Assembly: GCF_006345805.1 (NCBI RefSeq)
Contig: NW_021824120.1
Location: 1-19,929 of the forward strand
Direction: 5' to 3'
Length of the DNA stretch: 19,929 nt
Origin: Octopus sinensis
Taxonomy: Eukaryota
In this document: positions 9,600 to 19,929 of the stretch, in pieces
Position numbering within the stretch: position 1 is the stretch's first letter
Layout of the letters: the number at the start of each line of letters is the position of its first letter
The notes under the pieces: generated by a model
What the model saw: the letters and a program-made list of their open reading frames with translations, nothing else
What the model was told of the DNA's origin: nothing
The model's database searches: none
Program-made: the position numbers and the translations under genes

Positions 9600-9730
9600 T
9601 GACGAAGAGTTTCACCCGAGACGGTAAATCCTCCATCTTTCTTTCCTTTCCTGAGCGTCCAATAACACTATACTTGTTCCACGTCCTCGCGTTGTTGTTT
9701 TCTCTTTGTGTTTTCATGTTTGAATTAACT
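9600..9730 (+). mobile_element. Short repeat in (TA)n, possibly related to the 677-880 Penelope-like relic
   Basis: Flanked by (TA)n. It begins GACGAAGAG-TTTCA-CCC-GAGA-CGGTAAA (eroded hammerhead-like layout). This is followed by TTCCTGAGCG..AATAACAC..TACTTGTTCCAC, similar to TTCCTGACG..TAATAC..TACTCCAC on the minus strand of 677-770. Confidence 0.35.
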
Positions 9731-9859
9731 ATATATATATATATTAATATAGATATATATATATATAATATATGTAATACATATATGTATGTATAGTATG
9801 TATGAGTATATATATAAACATATACACAAATACACATGCACACGCACATATATATGTAT

Positions 9860-10060
9860 GGATCAGAACAGTTTGATTCAAACTCCTCGGTACTCTGAGT
9901 TTCAAGTACGTCGCTATATATTCACAAAGTTTATTAAGCGAGGTACCATCTGCAGTGAAGGACGCGCCACAACCTGTTGTTCAGATGGTCGCCCGCGCAA
10001 GACCGATGAAAGTTGTGTCGAAACGATCGTATTGATTAATAACGATGCTCGTGAATTCCA
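9860..10060 (+). mobile_element. Possible Tc1/mariner transposase N-terminal fragment
   Basis: ORF 9789-10142 contains SDGRPRKTDESCVETIVLINNDAR, resembling the GRPR linker and the start of the second HTH. No TIRs are evident. Confidence 0.4.
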
Positions 10061-10216
10061 TTTTCTTTCTCTCATTTGTTATAAAGGAAGAACAGGTTCG
10101 GATTACAAGCTGAATGATAGGAAGCGAGTAACTGTGTTGTAATTAAGAGGCTTTCCGTTATAAAGAATATTCTTCACTTCTGTTTCGAGTTATGTAATTT
10201 ATCGCTTGTGATGATT

Positions 10217-10262
<46 letters not shown>

Positions 10263-10374
10263 ATATACACAAACACACACATAGATATATATATGTGTGT
10301 GGGTGTGTGTGTGTTTGTGCGTGTGTGTGTGTGAGTGTGTGTGTGTGTGTGTATGTATGTATATGTATATTATA

Positions 10375-11236
10375 AAGGGTGCGGTTAATAAACTATCGTC
10401 TAAATTACGCAAAAGTGAAAATAACAGACGTTTCATCTTAACAGATATATTTACCAAAATTACATGAAAATAACGTGAAATACTAAGAAGGTAAATTTAT
10501 TCAATAAAATCGCCATTGGCTTCGACCAAGGCCTCCACACGACTTCGGAATCTCCTGCAACTCTTCCGGACGGTCTTCTTGTTTAAGTTGGTCAATGCTG
10601 CCATAATCGTTGCCTTCAATTCATCTTTGGTGTCACAAGGAGTTTTGTTGCTCTGTCGTTCAACTCCAACCCACACACAATAATCAAAGGGGTTGCAGTC
10701 TGGTGAGTTATGTGGCCAGATGTTGCGCGTGATGTGGTCGCAGAAATTGTTGATAGCCATGACTGCGTCCTCCTGTGTTTGTGGCATGGTGCAGTGTTCT
10801 ATTGCCAGACACAGCATCTTTCAGAAACCACCCTCTTCATCCATGATAGCACTACCTTCTCCATACACATGATGTAGACCTCCATGTAGAGTCTGAGGCC
10901 GTGTGGGAAGATTAATGAAGACTTAACGTCGCCATTAGTAGTGATCACCCCAAACACAATAATGTTGACTGGTTTGATTTTTATCACTCTCGGTACATGT
11001 TTTGGGGACACTGCAAGCTCTTTGTATTGGAGCTTCCGGCACGAATGCCAAGCAGTACAACTTGTCGTTTCCAAATTTCTGGCAGAGTGAATTGCTTCAT
11101 GGTGCCGCCTTTCTCACAGACGATGCCCAACTGACCCTACTATACTGTGTATTACATAAAATCAAATACAAACGTTGCTCGTACGCGAAAATAAAATATA
11201 CATATATAATGGTGACAGTTTATCCATCGCACCCTC
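10375..11236 (-). mobile_element. Internally deleted maT/DD37D-like Tc1/mariner transposon
   Basis: Imperfect TIRs are AGGGTGCGGTTAATAAACTATC (from 10376) and, as reverse complement, AGGGTGCGATGGATAAACTGTC (ending 11235). ATG at 11100 (MKQFTLPEIWKRQVVLLGIRAG) is joined to the catalytic region PVNIIVFGVITTNGDV...VWQ*...IWPHNSPDCNPFDYCVW...RFRSRVEALVEANGDFIE (stop at 10497). Confidence 0.9.
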
Positions 11237-11257
11237 TGTGTGTGCGTGTATGTATAC

Positions 11258-11723
11258 TCTCTCTTTTCGTCTTTTACTTGTTTCAGTCATTTCACTGCGG
11301 CTATGTAGGAGCACCACATTTAGTCGAGCAAATCGACCCCAGGACTTATTCTTTGGAGTCTAGTACTTATTCTATCGGATTCTTTGCCGAACCGCTAATT
11401 TACGGGGACTTAAACACACCACCATCGGTTGTCAAGCAATGTTGGTGGGGGACAAACACAGACACACAAACATATGCACACACATTTACATATACATATA
11501 TACGACGGGCTTCTTTCAGTTTCCGTCTACCAAATTCACTCACAAGGCTTTGGTCGGCCCGAGGCTATTGTCGAAGACACATGCCCAAGGAGTGGGACTG
11601 AACCCAGAACTATGTGGCTGGTAAACAAGCTACTACCACATAGCCACTCCTGCGCAGTGGGACGGAACCCAGAACCATGTGATTGGTAAGCAAGCTACTT
11701 ACCACACAGCTACTCCTGCGCCT
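11258..11723 (-). mobile_element. tRNA-derived SINE with a tandemly duplicated head
   Basis: The minus strand has two tRNA-like heads (11723-11656 and 11655-11591), each with an A-box (TRGCTRTGTGG) and a B-box (GGTTC[C/A]GTCC). These are followed by CCTTGGGCATGTGTCTT, a body with an internal (TA)/(TG) tract, and a stem-loop tail ending GAAACAAGTAAAAGA. Confidence 0.9.
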
Positions 11724-11796
11724 AAAACATAAACACAGGCAAAATACTACTAAGCGTTTTGCCCAGCACACTAACATTCCTACTAGCTCTCCACCT

Positions 11797-11840
<44 letters not shown>

Positions 11841-12279
11841 TGTATGTATATACATGCATGTGTGTGTATGCGTGTATGTATATATATATCTAGAGAGAGA
11901 GAGAGAGGGGGGAGGGAGAGAGAGATAATAGGACATTATGTACATATGCTATATATGTGAAGAAACCAAAAGCACACATATTCACGCACACACACACACA
12001 AATACTTGTGCATAGACTATACTATCACAACTGCTACTAATGGCTCGAGTGCTGAGGTACGTGGTGAGACTCTCACTACGTCTTTCTCTCACTCTCTGTC
12101 TCTCTCTCTCTCGCTCTCTCCGTCAGCTTTTTTTTCGTCCATTTGCCTTAAAGATGTTACTCTCCTGTGTGGAAAGACAACAGCGATTAGCATATTCACG
12201 TTCGCTTCTGTCGGAACGTATTAAGAATATATATGAAAACCAACGTAACAGAGCACAGTTTTACACTTAAGAGAATACG

Positions 12280-12300
12280 CACAACACACACACACACACA

Positions 12301-12339
<39 letters not shown>

Positions 12340-12580
12340 CTCACACACACACACACACGCTCACACACACACACACACATGCTCACACACACACACACAC
12401 AAGCAGGTATACAAGCACACATACTCAAGCACACACATACACAGACTCACAAATCTTTAAGCTATACACACTTTACACAAAGATTAACTGTGTGTGTAAA
12501 TGTGCTTCTGTTCGTGTGTATATGCGTGCACATGTGCGTGTGTGCGTGTGTGTGTGTATGTGTGTGTGTGTGTGTGCATG
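12280..12580. repeat. (CA)n tract followed by a (TG)n tract
   Basis: (CA)n-rich at 12280-12450 and (TG)n-rich at ~12489-12576. Confidence 0.9.
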
Positions 12581-12695
12581 CTCGAACGATGATACACAGA
12601 CTCACACTCGTACAATCCTCTATGGCGAGGAAATGAGAGTTACAAGAGATAGACATAGAAAGATATGTATAAAGATAGACACATAGACAAATATT

Positions 12696-12749
<54 letters not shown>

Positions 12750-12773
12750 GATAGATAGATAGATAGATATATC

Positions 12774-12821
<48 letters not shown>

Positions 12822-12838
12822 TACATAGATAGATAGAT

Positions 12839-12921
<83 letters not shown>

Positions 12922-12940
12922 CATAGATAGATATAGATAT

Positions 12941-12971
<31 letters not shown>

Positions 12972-12973
12972 TC

Positions 12974-13019
<46 letters not shown>

Positions 13020-13025
13020 GAGATA
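12696..13025. repeat. (GATA)n microsatellite
   Basis: Direct inspection. It is the source of the YLSI-repeat ORFs. Confidence 0.97.
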
Positions 13026-13201
13026 GAGAGATGGGAATAAAGAAAGAGAGAGAGAGAGAGAGAGAGAGGATGAAGGGGAGAGAAATGCCCACATATACAC
13101 ACTCACTTGTGTATGCATATACAGACGCGTGCACACAAACTTACACATGGAACTCTCTGGAGAAAAAAAAAAGTGAGAAAATGAGAAATGCACAAGAACA
13201 G

Positions 13202-13249
<48 letters not shown>

Positions 13250-13461
13250 GCACGCACATAAACATATAGAATTTTCTACACAAAGACACACGCAAGTACA
13301 AATACATACAAACACTAAAACATTCATACGCACAAACATATAATCGTAAACATACACATACACACAAATGCACATATACATATAAAGTTATACAAACGTG
13401 CATGCAAAGAAATATATACATATATATATGCATAGAGACACATACGCATAGATACACACAT

Positions 13462-13503
<42 letters not shown>

Positions 13504-13663
13504 ATAAACACATACACACATACATACACACACATACACACACACACGCACAAACGTTCACGTGCACATACACGGTAGAGAAAGATCGAAAAAGAGAACA
13601 ATATCTCCCACCACTATTGCAATTACCCTATCCATGCCTTCCAACAAGACAAGAACCACCACG

Positions 13664-13667
<4 letters not shown>

Positions 13668-13711
<44 letters not shown>

Positions 13712-13930
13712 GCTACTACTACAACCACCACGCAGAAATACATCCATCATTTGTCCGCTCCTGTGTGTGCCTCAGGTTGCTACTACTATGCAACGTGGAA
13801 ATGGGTGGGTGGGTGGGTGTAGGCTGGAGGCGGCAGGCACGCACCAGCAGCAGCAGCAGCGGTGGAGGTGGCGGAGGTGGCGGCGGCGGCGTTGGTGGAG
13901 GTGTCGGCGGTGGTTGAGGTGGCGGCGGTG
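13668..13930. repeat. (ACT)n, (GGGT)4, (CAG)n and (GGC/GGT)n simple-repeat cluster
   Basis: (ACT)n at ~13668-13722, (GGGT)4 at 13803-13818, (CAG)5 at ~13845-13859, and a GGN-rich run at 13860-13930. Confidence 0.9.
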
Positions 13931-13959
13931 CACAGAATTCAAAAAACAAGACACACTGT

Positions 13960-14060
13960 AATTCTATTTTGTCAAATTGTCACCAAAGACCTGCAAAGTT
14001 TAGCAATGATTTATCAGGCTGGAACTATTAGAAGACAGTACTCTATAAATCAGACTTCTA
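13960..14060. promoter_or_regulatory. Candidate TALE/Hox cis-regulatory module
   Basis: TGATTTAT (14007-14014) and its reverse complement ATAAATCA (14045-14052), plus two TGTCA (13970, 13978), lie in a ~160-bp unique island between microsatellites. The evidence is motif-only. Confidence 0.3.
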
Positions 14061-14094
14061 TCAACAGTTTCGATCTGGTGGTGACGCTGACGGC

Positions 14095-14281
14095 GAAGAA
14101 GAAGACGAAGAAGAAGAGAAGAAGAAGAAGAAGAAGAAGAAGAAGAAGAAGAAGAAGAAGAAGAAGAAGAAGGAGAAGGAGGAGAAGACGAAGAAGAAGA
14201 AGAAGAAGAAGAAGAAGAAGAAGAGAAGGAAGAAGAAGGAGAAGAAGAAGAAGAAGAAGAAGAAGAAGAAGAAGAAGAAGA
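14095..14281. repeat. Long interrupted (GAA)n polypurine tract
   Basis: About 60 GAA-type units by inspection. Confidence 0.97.
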
Positions 14282-14411
14282 AACAAACCAACAACAACAA
14301 CAAGGTGGTAGATAGAGGGAAAAGGAACGGTAGAAATGGAAGGTGTGGAATTGCGAGTGATGGGGGGGGTGCTGGGTTGTAAGAAAATGGTGAGAAAATT
14401 ATAAGGGAAAC

Positions 14412-14540
14412 GATGATGATGATGATGATGATGATCGTCATCATCATCATTATCATCATCATAGTGGTGAGGTTGTGGTGACTGTGACGACGTCGACGAC
14501 TGTGGCGGCGGCGATGATGATGATGATGATGATGATGATG
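14412..14540. repeat. (GAT)n/(CAT)n trinucleotide repeats
   Basis: (GAT)n at 14412-14434 is directly followed by (CAT)n to ~14462, with a second (GAT)n at 14513-14540. Confidence 0.9.
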
Positions 14541-14855
14541 AATGGAAAAGCAGCAACGACAAGAACAATGAAGAGGGAGCGAGGACCAAAAGAGAAAGAA
14601 CAATAGGAAGAAGTGAGTGGTAGAGAGGTAGTGAGAGGAAAATTAGAAAAAAAAAAAATGAATAAAATGAATGAAACAAAAGGATTTGTTAAAACAGGGA
14701 GCCAGCTTGAGTTTTGTTGAATAAAGGGACAGAGATTGAGAATAAAGGGACAGAGGAGAGAGAGAGAGAGAGAGAGTATAACAGAGTGAGAGAGACGAGC
14801 AGAATGATTGAATGGGAAAGGGGAAGAGGTAGAGTTAAACAGCAAGGGTGAGAGC

Positions 14856-14893
<38 letters not shown>

Positions 14894-14966
14894 CTTACAG
14901 ACAAAGGGAGAGAGAGAAAGATGGGGAAATCAGGAGAACGGTATGAGCAGAATAGAGACGGTATGC

Positions 14967-15043
<77 letters not shown>

Positions 15044-15119
15044 GGATGGATGGATGGATGGATGGATAGATTGATAGATAGATAGACAGACAGATTGATG
15101 GATGGATAGATAGATAGAT

Positions 15120-15160
<41 letters not shown>

Positions 15161-15165
15161 GATAG

Positions 15166-15228
<63 letters not shown>

Positions 15229-15306
15229 GGATGGATAGATAGATAACTAGATAACTAGATAGATCGATAGATAGATACATAGATAGAGAGAGAGAGACAG
15301 AGAGAC

Positions 15307-15341
<35 letters not shown>

Positions 15342-15345
15342 GGGG
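14967..15345. repeat. (GATA)n/(GATG)n/(GACA)n compound microsatellite
   Basis: Direct inspection of the sequence. Confidence 0.97.
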
Positions 15346-15829
15346 GAGAGGTCGAGAGATAGATGCAGAAATTGTGGATGCAAGAGAAAAAATGAAAGGG
15401 AGAGAAGCAGAGTAAAATAGGAAGTCACACTGATTCGCCGTCTCTTTCCCACTCTTCTCTGTATGCATGTGCGTATGTATGTAATATGTACATGTGTGTG
15501 TGCGTGCGTGCCCGGATGTGTGTGAGCGTGTGTGTAACTCACTTTAAAAGTAGAATTGCTTCAAGAATAACTAAGAGACCTTTGGTTTCTTATGAATGCA
15601 ATTTTCAAACCACATTGAAAATATTCTGAGAGTGTATTTACCAGCTTTGGTGTAGAAATCAATAAAAAGCTCTCAGGATTACTATTAATGGTACGTGATC
15701 ATAGTACATAATTTTGAAAATTCACATTCGAACTATTGTAGCTGTGACGTAAAATGTCATAAAATTATATATAAATACAGTGTTTATTAAGATAGATATA
15801 TATGTAGTCCATGTAAAATCCAAATGATT

Positions 15830-16039
15830 AGACTGAGTTTATCCATCTGTGAGAAGCTGAGGCATCAAGAGAGAGGATGTGACCTCTCTGTGAGAGGGCT
15901 GTGACGCTGAGGAGACCTAGATGTGATGAACGAAGAAAGAAAGTACGACCGGTGTCAGCAGAAATAGCATCGTCGTCAGCGGTACGAAGACGGCGAAACA
16001 AGATGACCATCGTCTTCTGCCTGCCTCGGTGCAAAACGG
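15830..16039 (-). pseudogene. Probable ITS1 remnant of a dispersed rDNA fragment
   Basis: A GC/CpG-rich segment directly downstream (minus strand) of the 18S 3' terminus GGATCATTA. The left boundary is estimated from composition only. Confidence 0.55.
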
Positions 16040-16690
16040 TAATGATCCTTCCATAGCTTCACCATAGAGGCGCAATGGCCAAGTGGTTAGGACAGCGGAC
16101 TCGCGGTCATAGGATCGCGGTTTCGACTCCCAGACCGGGCGTTGTGAATGTTTATTGAGCGAAAACACCTAAAGCACCACGAGGCTCCGGCAGGGGATGG
16201 TGGTGATCCCTTCTGTACTCTTTCACCACAACTTTCTCTCACTCTTACTTCCTGTTTCTGTTGTACCTGTATTTCAAAGGGCCGGCCTTGTCACTCTCTG
16301 TGTCACGCTGAATATCCCCGAGAACTACGTTAAGGGTACACGTGTCTGTGGAGTGCTCAGCCACTTACACGTTAATTTCACGAGCAGGCTGTTCCATTGA
16401 TTCGGATCAACCGGAACCCTCGTCGTCGTAACCGACGGAGTGCTTCCACATAGGTTCACCTACGGAAACTTTCTTGCGACTTTTACTTCTTCTAAGTCAT
16501 CGCGATCGGTCGTCTTCTCCGAGCTATCAGAGAACGAGCCGGCGACGGCGCGGAACGTCTCAACAAATAAAAGGACTCGTCAGCCAGATCCAAGAACCTC
16601 ATATGACTGTTCGATCGGTAGTAGTGACGGGCGGTGTGTATAGAGGGCAGGGACGTGGTTGACGTGGGCTGATGACCTGCGCCTACTGGG
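16040..16690 (-). pseudogene. 18S rRNA 3'-terminal pseudogene fragment (~255 nt), interrupted by a SINE
   Basis: The plus strand carries decayed reverse complements of universal SSU sequences. These are TAATGATCCTTCC (16040), GTTCACCTACGGAAACtTTcTTgCGACTTTTACTTC (16454-) and ATCGGTAGTAGtGACGGGCGGTGTGTAtAgAGGGCAGGGACGT (~16615-16655). Confidence 0.93.
16064..16448 (+). mobile_element. Full-length tRNA-derived SINE with a 12-bp TSD
   Basis: Head reads GGCGCAATGGCCAAGTGGTTAG (A-box)...GGTTTCGACTCCC (B-box). The TSD is CATAGCTTCACC (16052-16063) and CATAGGTTCACC (16449-16460). Confidence 0.92.
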
Positions 16691-16724
16691 TCTCAGTCTA
16701 ATATTTGCTCCGCACATCCGATTA

Positions 16725-16782
16725 ATGCCTTGTGAGTTAATTTGGTGAACGGAAACTGTGGAAGTCCGTTGTATATATATCG
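16725..16782 (+). mobile_element. SINE body fragment (same family as 11258-11723)
   Basis: GCCTTGTGAGTTAATTTGGTGAACGGAAACTGTGGAAGTCCGTTGTATATA matches the reverse complement of ~11498-11550. Confidence 0.8.
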
Positions 16783-17089
16783 CATGTAGGTGTTGTGAAA
16801 CGCGAGACATAACCAAAGAACGAGCTCAGTAGTGTGTACATTTTGGTATTTGTTGTGGAACACTGATGAGGCGTATGGCAAAATTATACAATGTTTCTTG
16901 TACCACTATGTAATTTCGATGGCAATTTACTGAAACACGTTTTTTCTACAAAGCATTGAATATCATAACTGTTCATATGTATATTATTATTACTGGATCG
17001 GTTATTATTGGATCGATTTGTTCGAACCCATCCCCCTAAAAATGGTACCCCAGCAATAATATAGAGGGATAACGATAAATGTACACGTA

Positions 17090-17250
17090 ACGATAGCTGT
17101 GTGGTTACGAGATCTGCATCATGAGATCTGAACATTCTAGATTCAAATCCACAACACTAGATCTTGTACAAATGCATTCTATCAAAGCCTTGGGCCGACA
17201 CGAATGCTTCTGAACGGAATTTGGTAGAAGGTAGCAGTATAGAAGACTAT
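17090..17250 (+). mobile_element. Old, diverged tRNA-derived SINE (head and body)
   Basis: Contains TAGCTGTGTGGTTA (A-box), AGATTCAAATCC (B-box-like) and AGCCTTGGGCCGAC...GAATTTGGTAGAAGG, collinear with the 11258-11723 SINE. Confidence 0.7.
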
Positions 17251-18144
17251 GGGATTAACATGAATAATAAAGTTTATGTGTACCGGTTTTAAATCTCCAC
17301 CTAGCTCTCTATTTCTCTTACACTAAATAATCGTTCCTCTGCACAACTCACTATGAATTGCACACAATACATATGTTAGTGTACATTGAGGCGTTCACTA
17401 TTATCCACTCCTCCCTCAAAACTATACTCTTGTGCGCGCGGATACATTTTGGAACAACCGTACAAAAGAAAAATGTGCGCTCACAAAACTCTCAAAATCA
17501 AATCGATTTTTAAAAAACTGAAGATGGTTATATGTATGACTGTGCACTAAAGTTTAGTTAGGATGGTGGAGTTACGACTAAGAATTTTCCTCTTGTAGAT
17601 CATCCGAGAGGAATGGAATGAAGGGAAGGTAAAAGTTAGTTATCCTCAAAGTGGAAACCTACCCAATACTTGCAATTAAATTGACACTCACTGCTTAAGG
17701 TACCCGAGATCGAAGAAGTGGCTGTGGTCAAGGTAGTGTTAAGCAGCGCGTCGGGTTAAACATACAATCCAAGAACTGAAAAAGCACAAAGTTGGAATAA
17801 ATTATCCCTACACATAACCTCTCATTCAACTCGCAGAATGAGACTATTGGGCGCAGCAGTTTGTACACAGATAATTTGGCACGACTGACGGACCATTCAA
17901 CCTGGTTATGCAACAGTAAGCTTTGGCACTGGAGGCAAAAAAGTTACACACAGGCACGTCTGTAGAAATATACGCAAACAAATAGTGAAAGAGCGAATCA
18001 TAACACAAATATACAAACATAAATACAGGCTCATACACATTAAAGAGATAGAGAGATAGATAGATAGAGAGAGAGGGGGAGGGGAGACAGACAGACAGAG
18101 AGTGAAAGAAAAAGAGAAACGCTAGAATATCTAAAGTCAAGATA

Positions 18145-19319
18145 CAAAGGTTGGACAAAATAATGGAAACACCTAGCATCAGAGCATCATAATTTTGAAT
18201 ATCTATAGAACCTTCAAAAGCTTGTTTATTTTTAAGTTCTTTTTTATTTGTTATTAGTGCTGCTTAATATGTTCTGCTAAAATTGCTGTTTCTTTTCAGA
18301 TATTATATGAAAAATGCAATTCAAATTCATTAAAATGACAGATCTATCGGACTTTCAAAGAGGTCAAATTGTTGGAGCTCGTATAGCAGGCGCTAGCGTA
18401 ATGAAAATCAGTCGAAATGTTTGGTGTATCAAGAAGTACCGTCTCGAAAGTAATGACAGCCTTTGAGAAAGAGGGAAAAAGCTCCTCGTCGAAACAAAAC
18501 TCTGGAAGAAAACCAAAATTATCAGATAGGGACCGTCGGACTCTTGCGCGAATTGTGAGAAAGGATCGCAAAAGTAGTTTCCAAAATTACTGCAGAGCTT
18601 AATGACCATCTCGGGAACCCAGTTTCCACAATAAATGTTCGCCGGGAGCTGCACAAAGGCGGATTTCACGGGAGGGCTGCAGACAGAAATCTGCTACTTT
18701 CAAAAACAAACGTTGCATAGCGTTTAGAGTGGAATAAAATCTTACTGATTTGGTCTCTAGAGCAGTGGAAGAATTTCATTTTCTCGAACGAGTCAGCCTT
18801 TACCGTATTTCCGATTACCGGCCGAGTATACGTGGGGAGATAGCCAAAAGAAGCATTTGACCCAGGGAGGCTATATCTTGGAAATCCGCCGGACGAATGG
18901 TCTCCCTTCAAGGCAGAATTAATAGTCAAGACTAAGCATTTTATCTGATCAAATTCATCCTATGGTTATGGAACTGTTTCCGGAGTGAAACGTAATCTTT
19001 CAGGATGATAAGGCACAAATTCACGAGGAACATTCTAGTGAAGTTGAACATCTTATCTGGCCACCACAACCCTTAGATCTGAATATTATTGAACATTTAT
19101 AGTGCATTTTAGAAAAACAAGTAAGGAGTCGATATCCTCCACCATCATCACTACAAGAAATGGAGACTGTTTTAGCCGAACTGTGGACAAAAATTCCTTT
19201 GTACGAGTCCATACCTCGTAGAATTCAAGTTGTAATTACTGCCAAAGCTGGTCCTGCCACATATTTTTTAAAAATTGTTTAAAATTTTAAGGTGTTTTCA
19301 TTATTTTGTTCATCCCCTG
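18145..19319 (+). mobile_element. Tc1-family (DD34E-type) DNA transposon, near full length, defective
   Basis: 30-bp TIRs at 18145-18174 and 19290-19319 (25/30 identical), flanked by TA at 18143-44 and 19320-21, enclose a disrupted transposase. Confidence 0.95.
18335..19265 (+). pseudogene. Tc1 transposase pseudogene
   Basis: Reads MTDLSDFQRGQIVGARIAG..MFGVSRSTVSKV..SGRKPKLSDRDRR (paired-like HTH), FSNES (for FSDES), IFQDDKAQIH and LIWPPQPLDLNIIEHL*, with frameshifts and stops. Confidence 0.92.
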
Positions 19320-19694
19320 TACCTCAGCGTTGGACAAAACAGCTTTCCAGTCTTATCGTCTGTGCCAAAACAACTCGTAACTCTTGGCTTTCTAACAATT
19401 TCCTGTATTCTCTAGGACATCTATGCTATACCATCGATCCTGAATGAAAGAAACACACGGGTAACTCTGATAGGAGTTTTCAAGCAGAGAACCAGAAAAA
19501 AATATTGTAAAGTATTTTGTTCTGCTTTCAATGAATAGCTTTGAACGATTGTGAAAATGTCATGATATCTCTTCCTTCTTGTAAATGAGGTTTGTTGCTA
19601 ATGATCTACTCCTCACTAAACCAGACAGACGATATAGACCTTACATATAACACAGAATATAGTAAACTGTAGATGCATATATATGTATCTGTGA

Positions 19695-19731
<37 letters not shown>

Positions 19732-19869
19732 TTTGTATGTGTGTGTGGTGTGTGTGTGTTGGAGAGAGGGAGTGGAGAAGAATTCAGATCTCAAATGAGG
19801 TCTATATGAAGACGAATTATTTGAGGTTTTGGTACAAGCCTACAATTTAGTGGTGGTAGAGGAGAGAAG

Positions 19870-19929
19870 GGTTCATTCGATTCCAGTACTTATTTTAACC
19901 AACCCCCAAAAGAATGAAAGATAAGCTGA
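19870..19929 (-). mobile_element. SINE central-domain fragment running off the window end
   Basis: CCAGTACTTATTTTAACCAACCCC..AAGAATGAAAG resembles the AGTACTTATTCTATCG segment of the 11258-11723 SINE. Confidence 0.5.

Noticed and set aside
11002-11601. 199-aa plus-strand ORF
   Set aside because: It is a chance antisense read-through across the end of a transposon and a SINE.
12462-13601. 379-aa ORF and overlapping YLSI/CVCV/THTH ORFs
   Set aside because: They are translations of stop-free (GATA)n and (CA)n microsatellite frames with no domain content.
13558-14679. Poly-T/L/P/R/F/H ORFs resembling low-complexity transcription-factor regions
   Set aside because: Homopolymer ORFs occur in several frames on both strands and are explained by trinucleotide repeats. 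No DNA-binding domain or convincing exon is visible.
16069-16141. tRNA gene
   Set aside because: It has A- and B-boxes but the acceptor and anticodon stems do not close properly. It continues into a SINE body flanked by a TSD.
16040-16690. Functional 18S rRNA gene
   Set aside because: Only the 3' ~255 nt are present, universally conserved positions are mutated, and a SINE interrupts it.
16795-16885. CTGATGAG at 16863 with upstream GAAACGCG as a hammerhead ribozyme
   Set aside because: No stem II followed by GAAA lies downstream, and the type II permutation does not base-pair.
17400-17710. Possible DNA-transposon subterminal sequence
   Set aside because: No TIR pair, TSD or coding motif could be identified.

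Overview
AT-rich, microsatellite-saturated eukaryotic intergenic or intronic DNA. The SINE types and (TA)/(GATA)/(CA) density look like an octopus (coleoid cephalopod) genome, which is an inference. I can support no intact protein-coding gene; almost all ORFs in the track are microsatellite or transposon read-through artefacts. Mobile elements: an internally deleted mariner (1686-2240), a near-complete Tc1 (18145-19319), a deleted maT/DD37D-like element (~10375-11236), several tRNA-derived SINEs (one with a duplicated head), and a three-level nest in which a maT-like transposase is split by a TG...CA solo-LTR-like element with a 5-bp TSD that itself holds a Tx1/L1-like LINE lacking its RT. Other content: an 18S rRNA 3'-end plus ITS1 pseudogene split by a SINE with a 12-bp TSD, Penelope-like relics in (TA)n tracts with minimal hammerhead-like motifs, a 24-bp-periodic E-box/CLEAR array, a possible decayed GT32 glycosyltransferase exon, and a unique island with paired Pbx-Hox and Meis-like motifs. 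All calls were made by eye without database searches.
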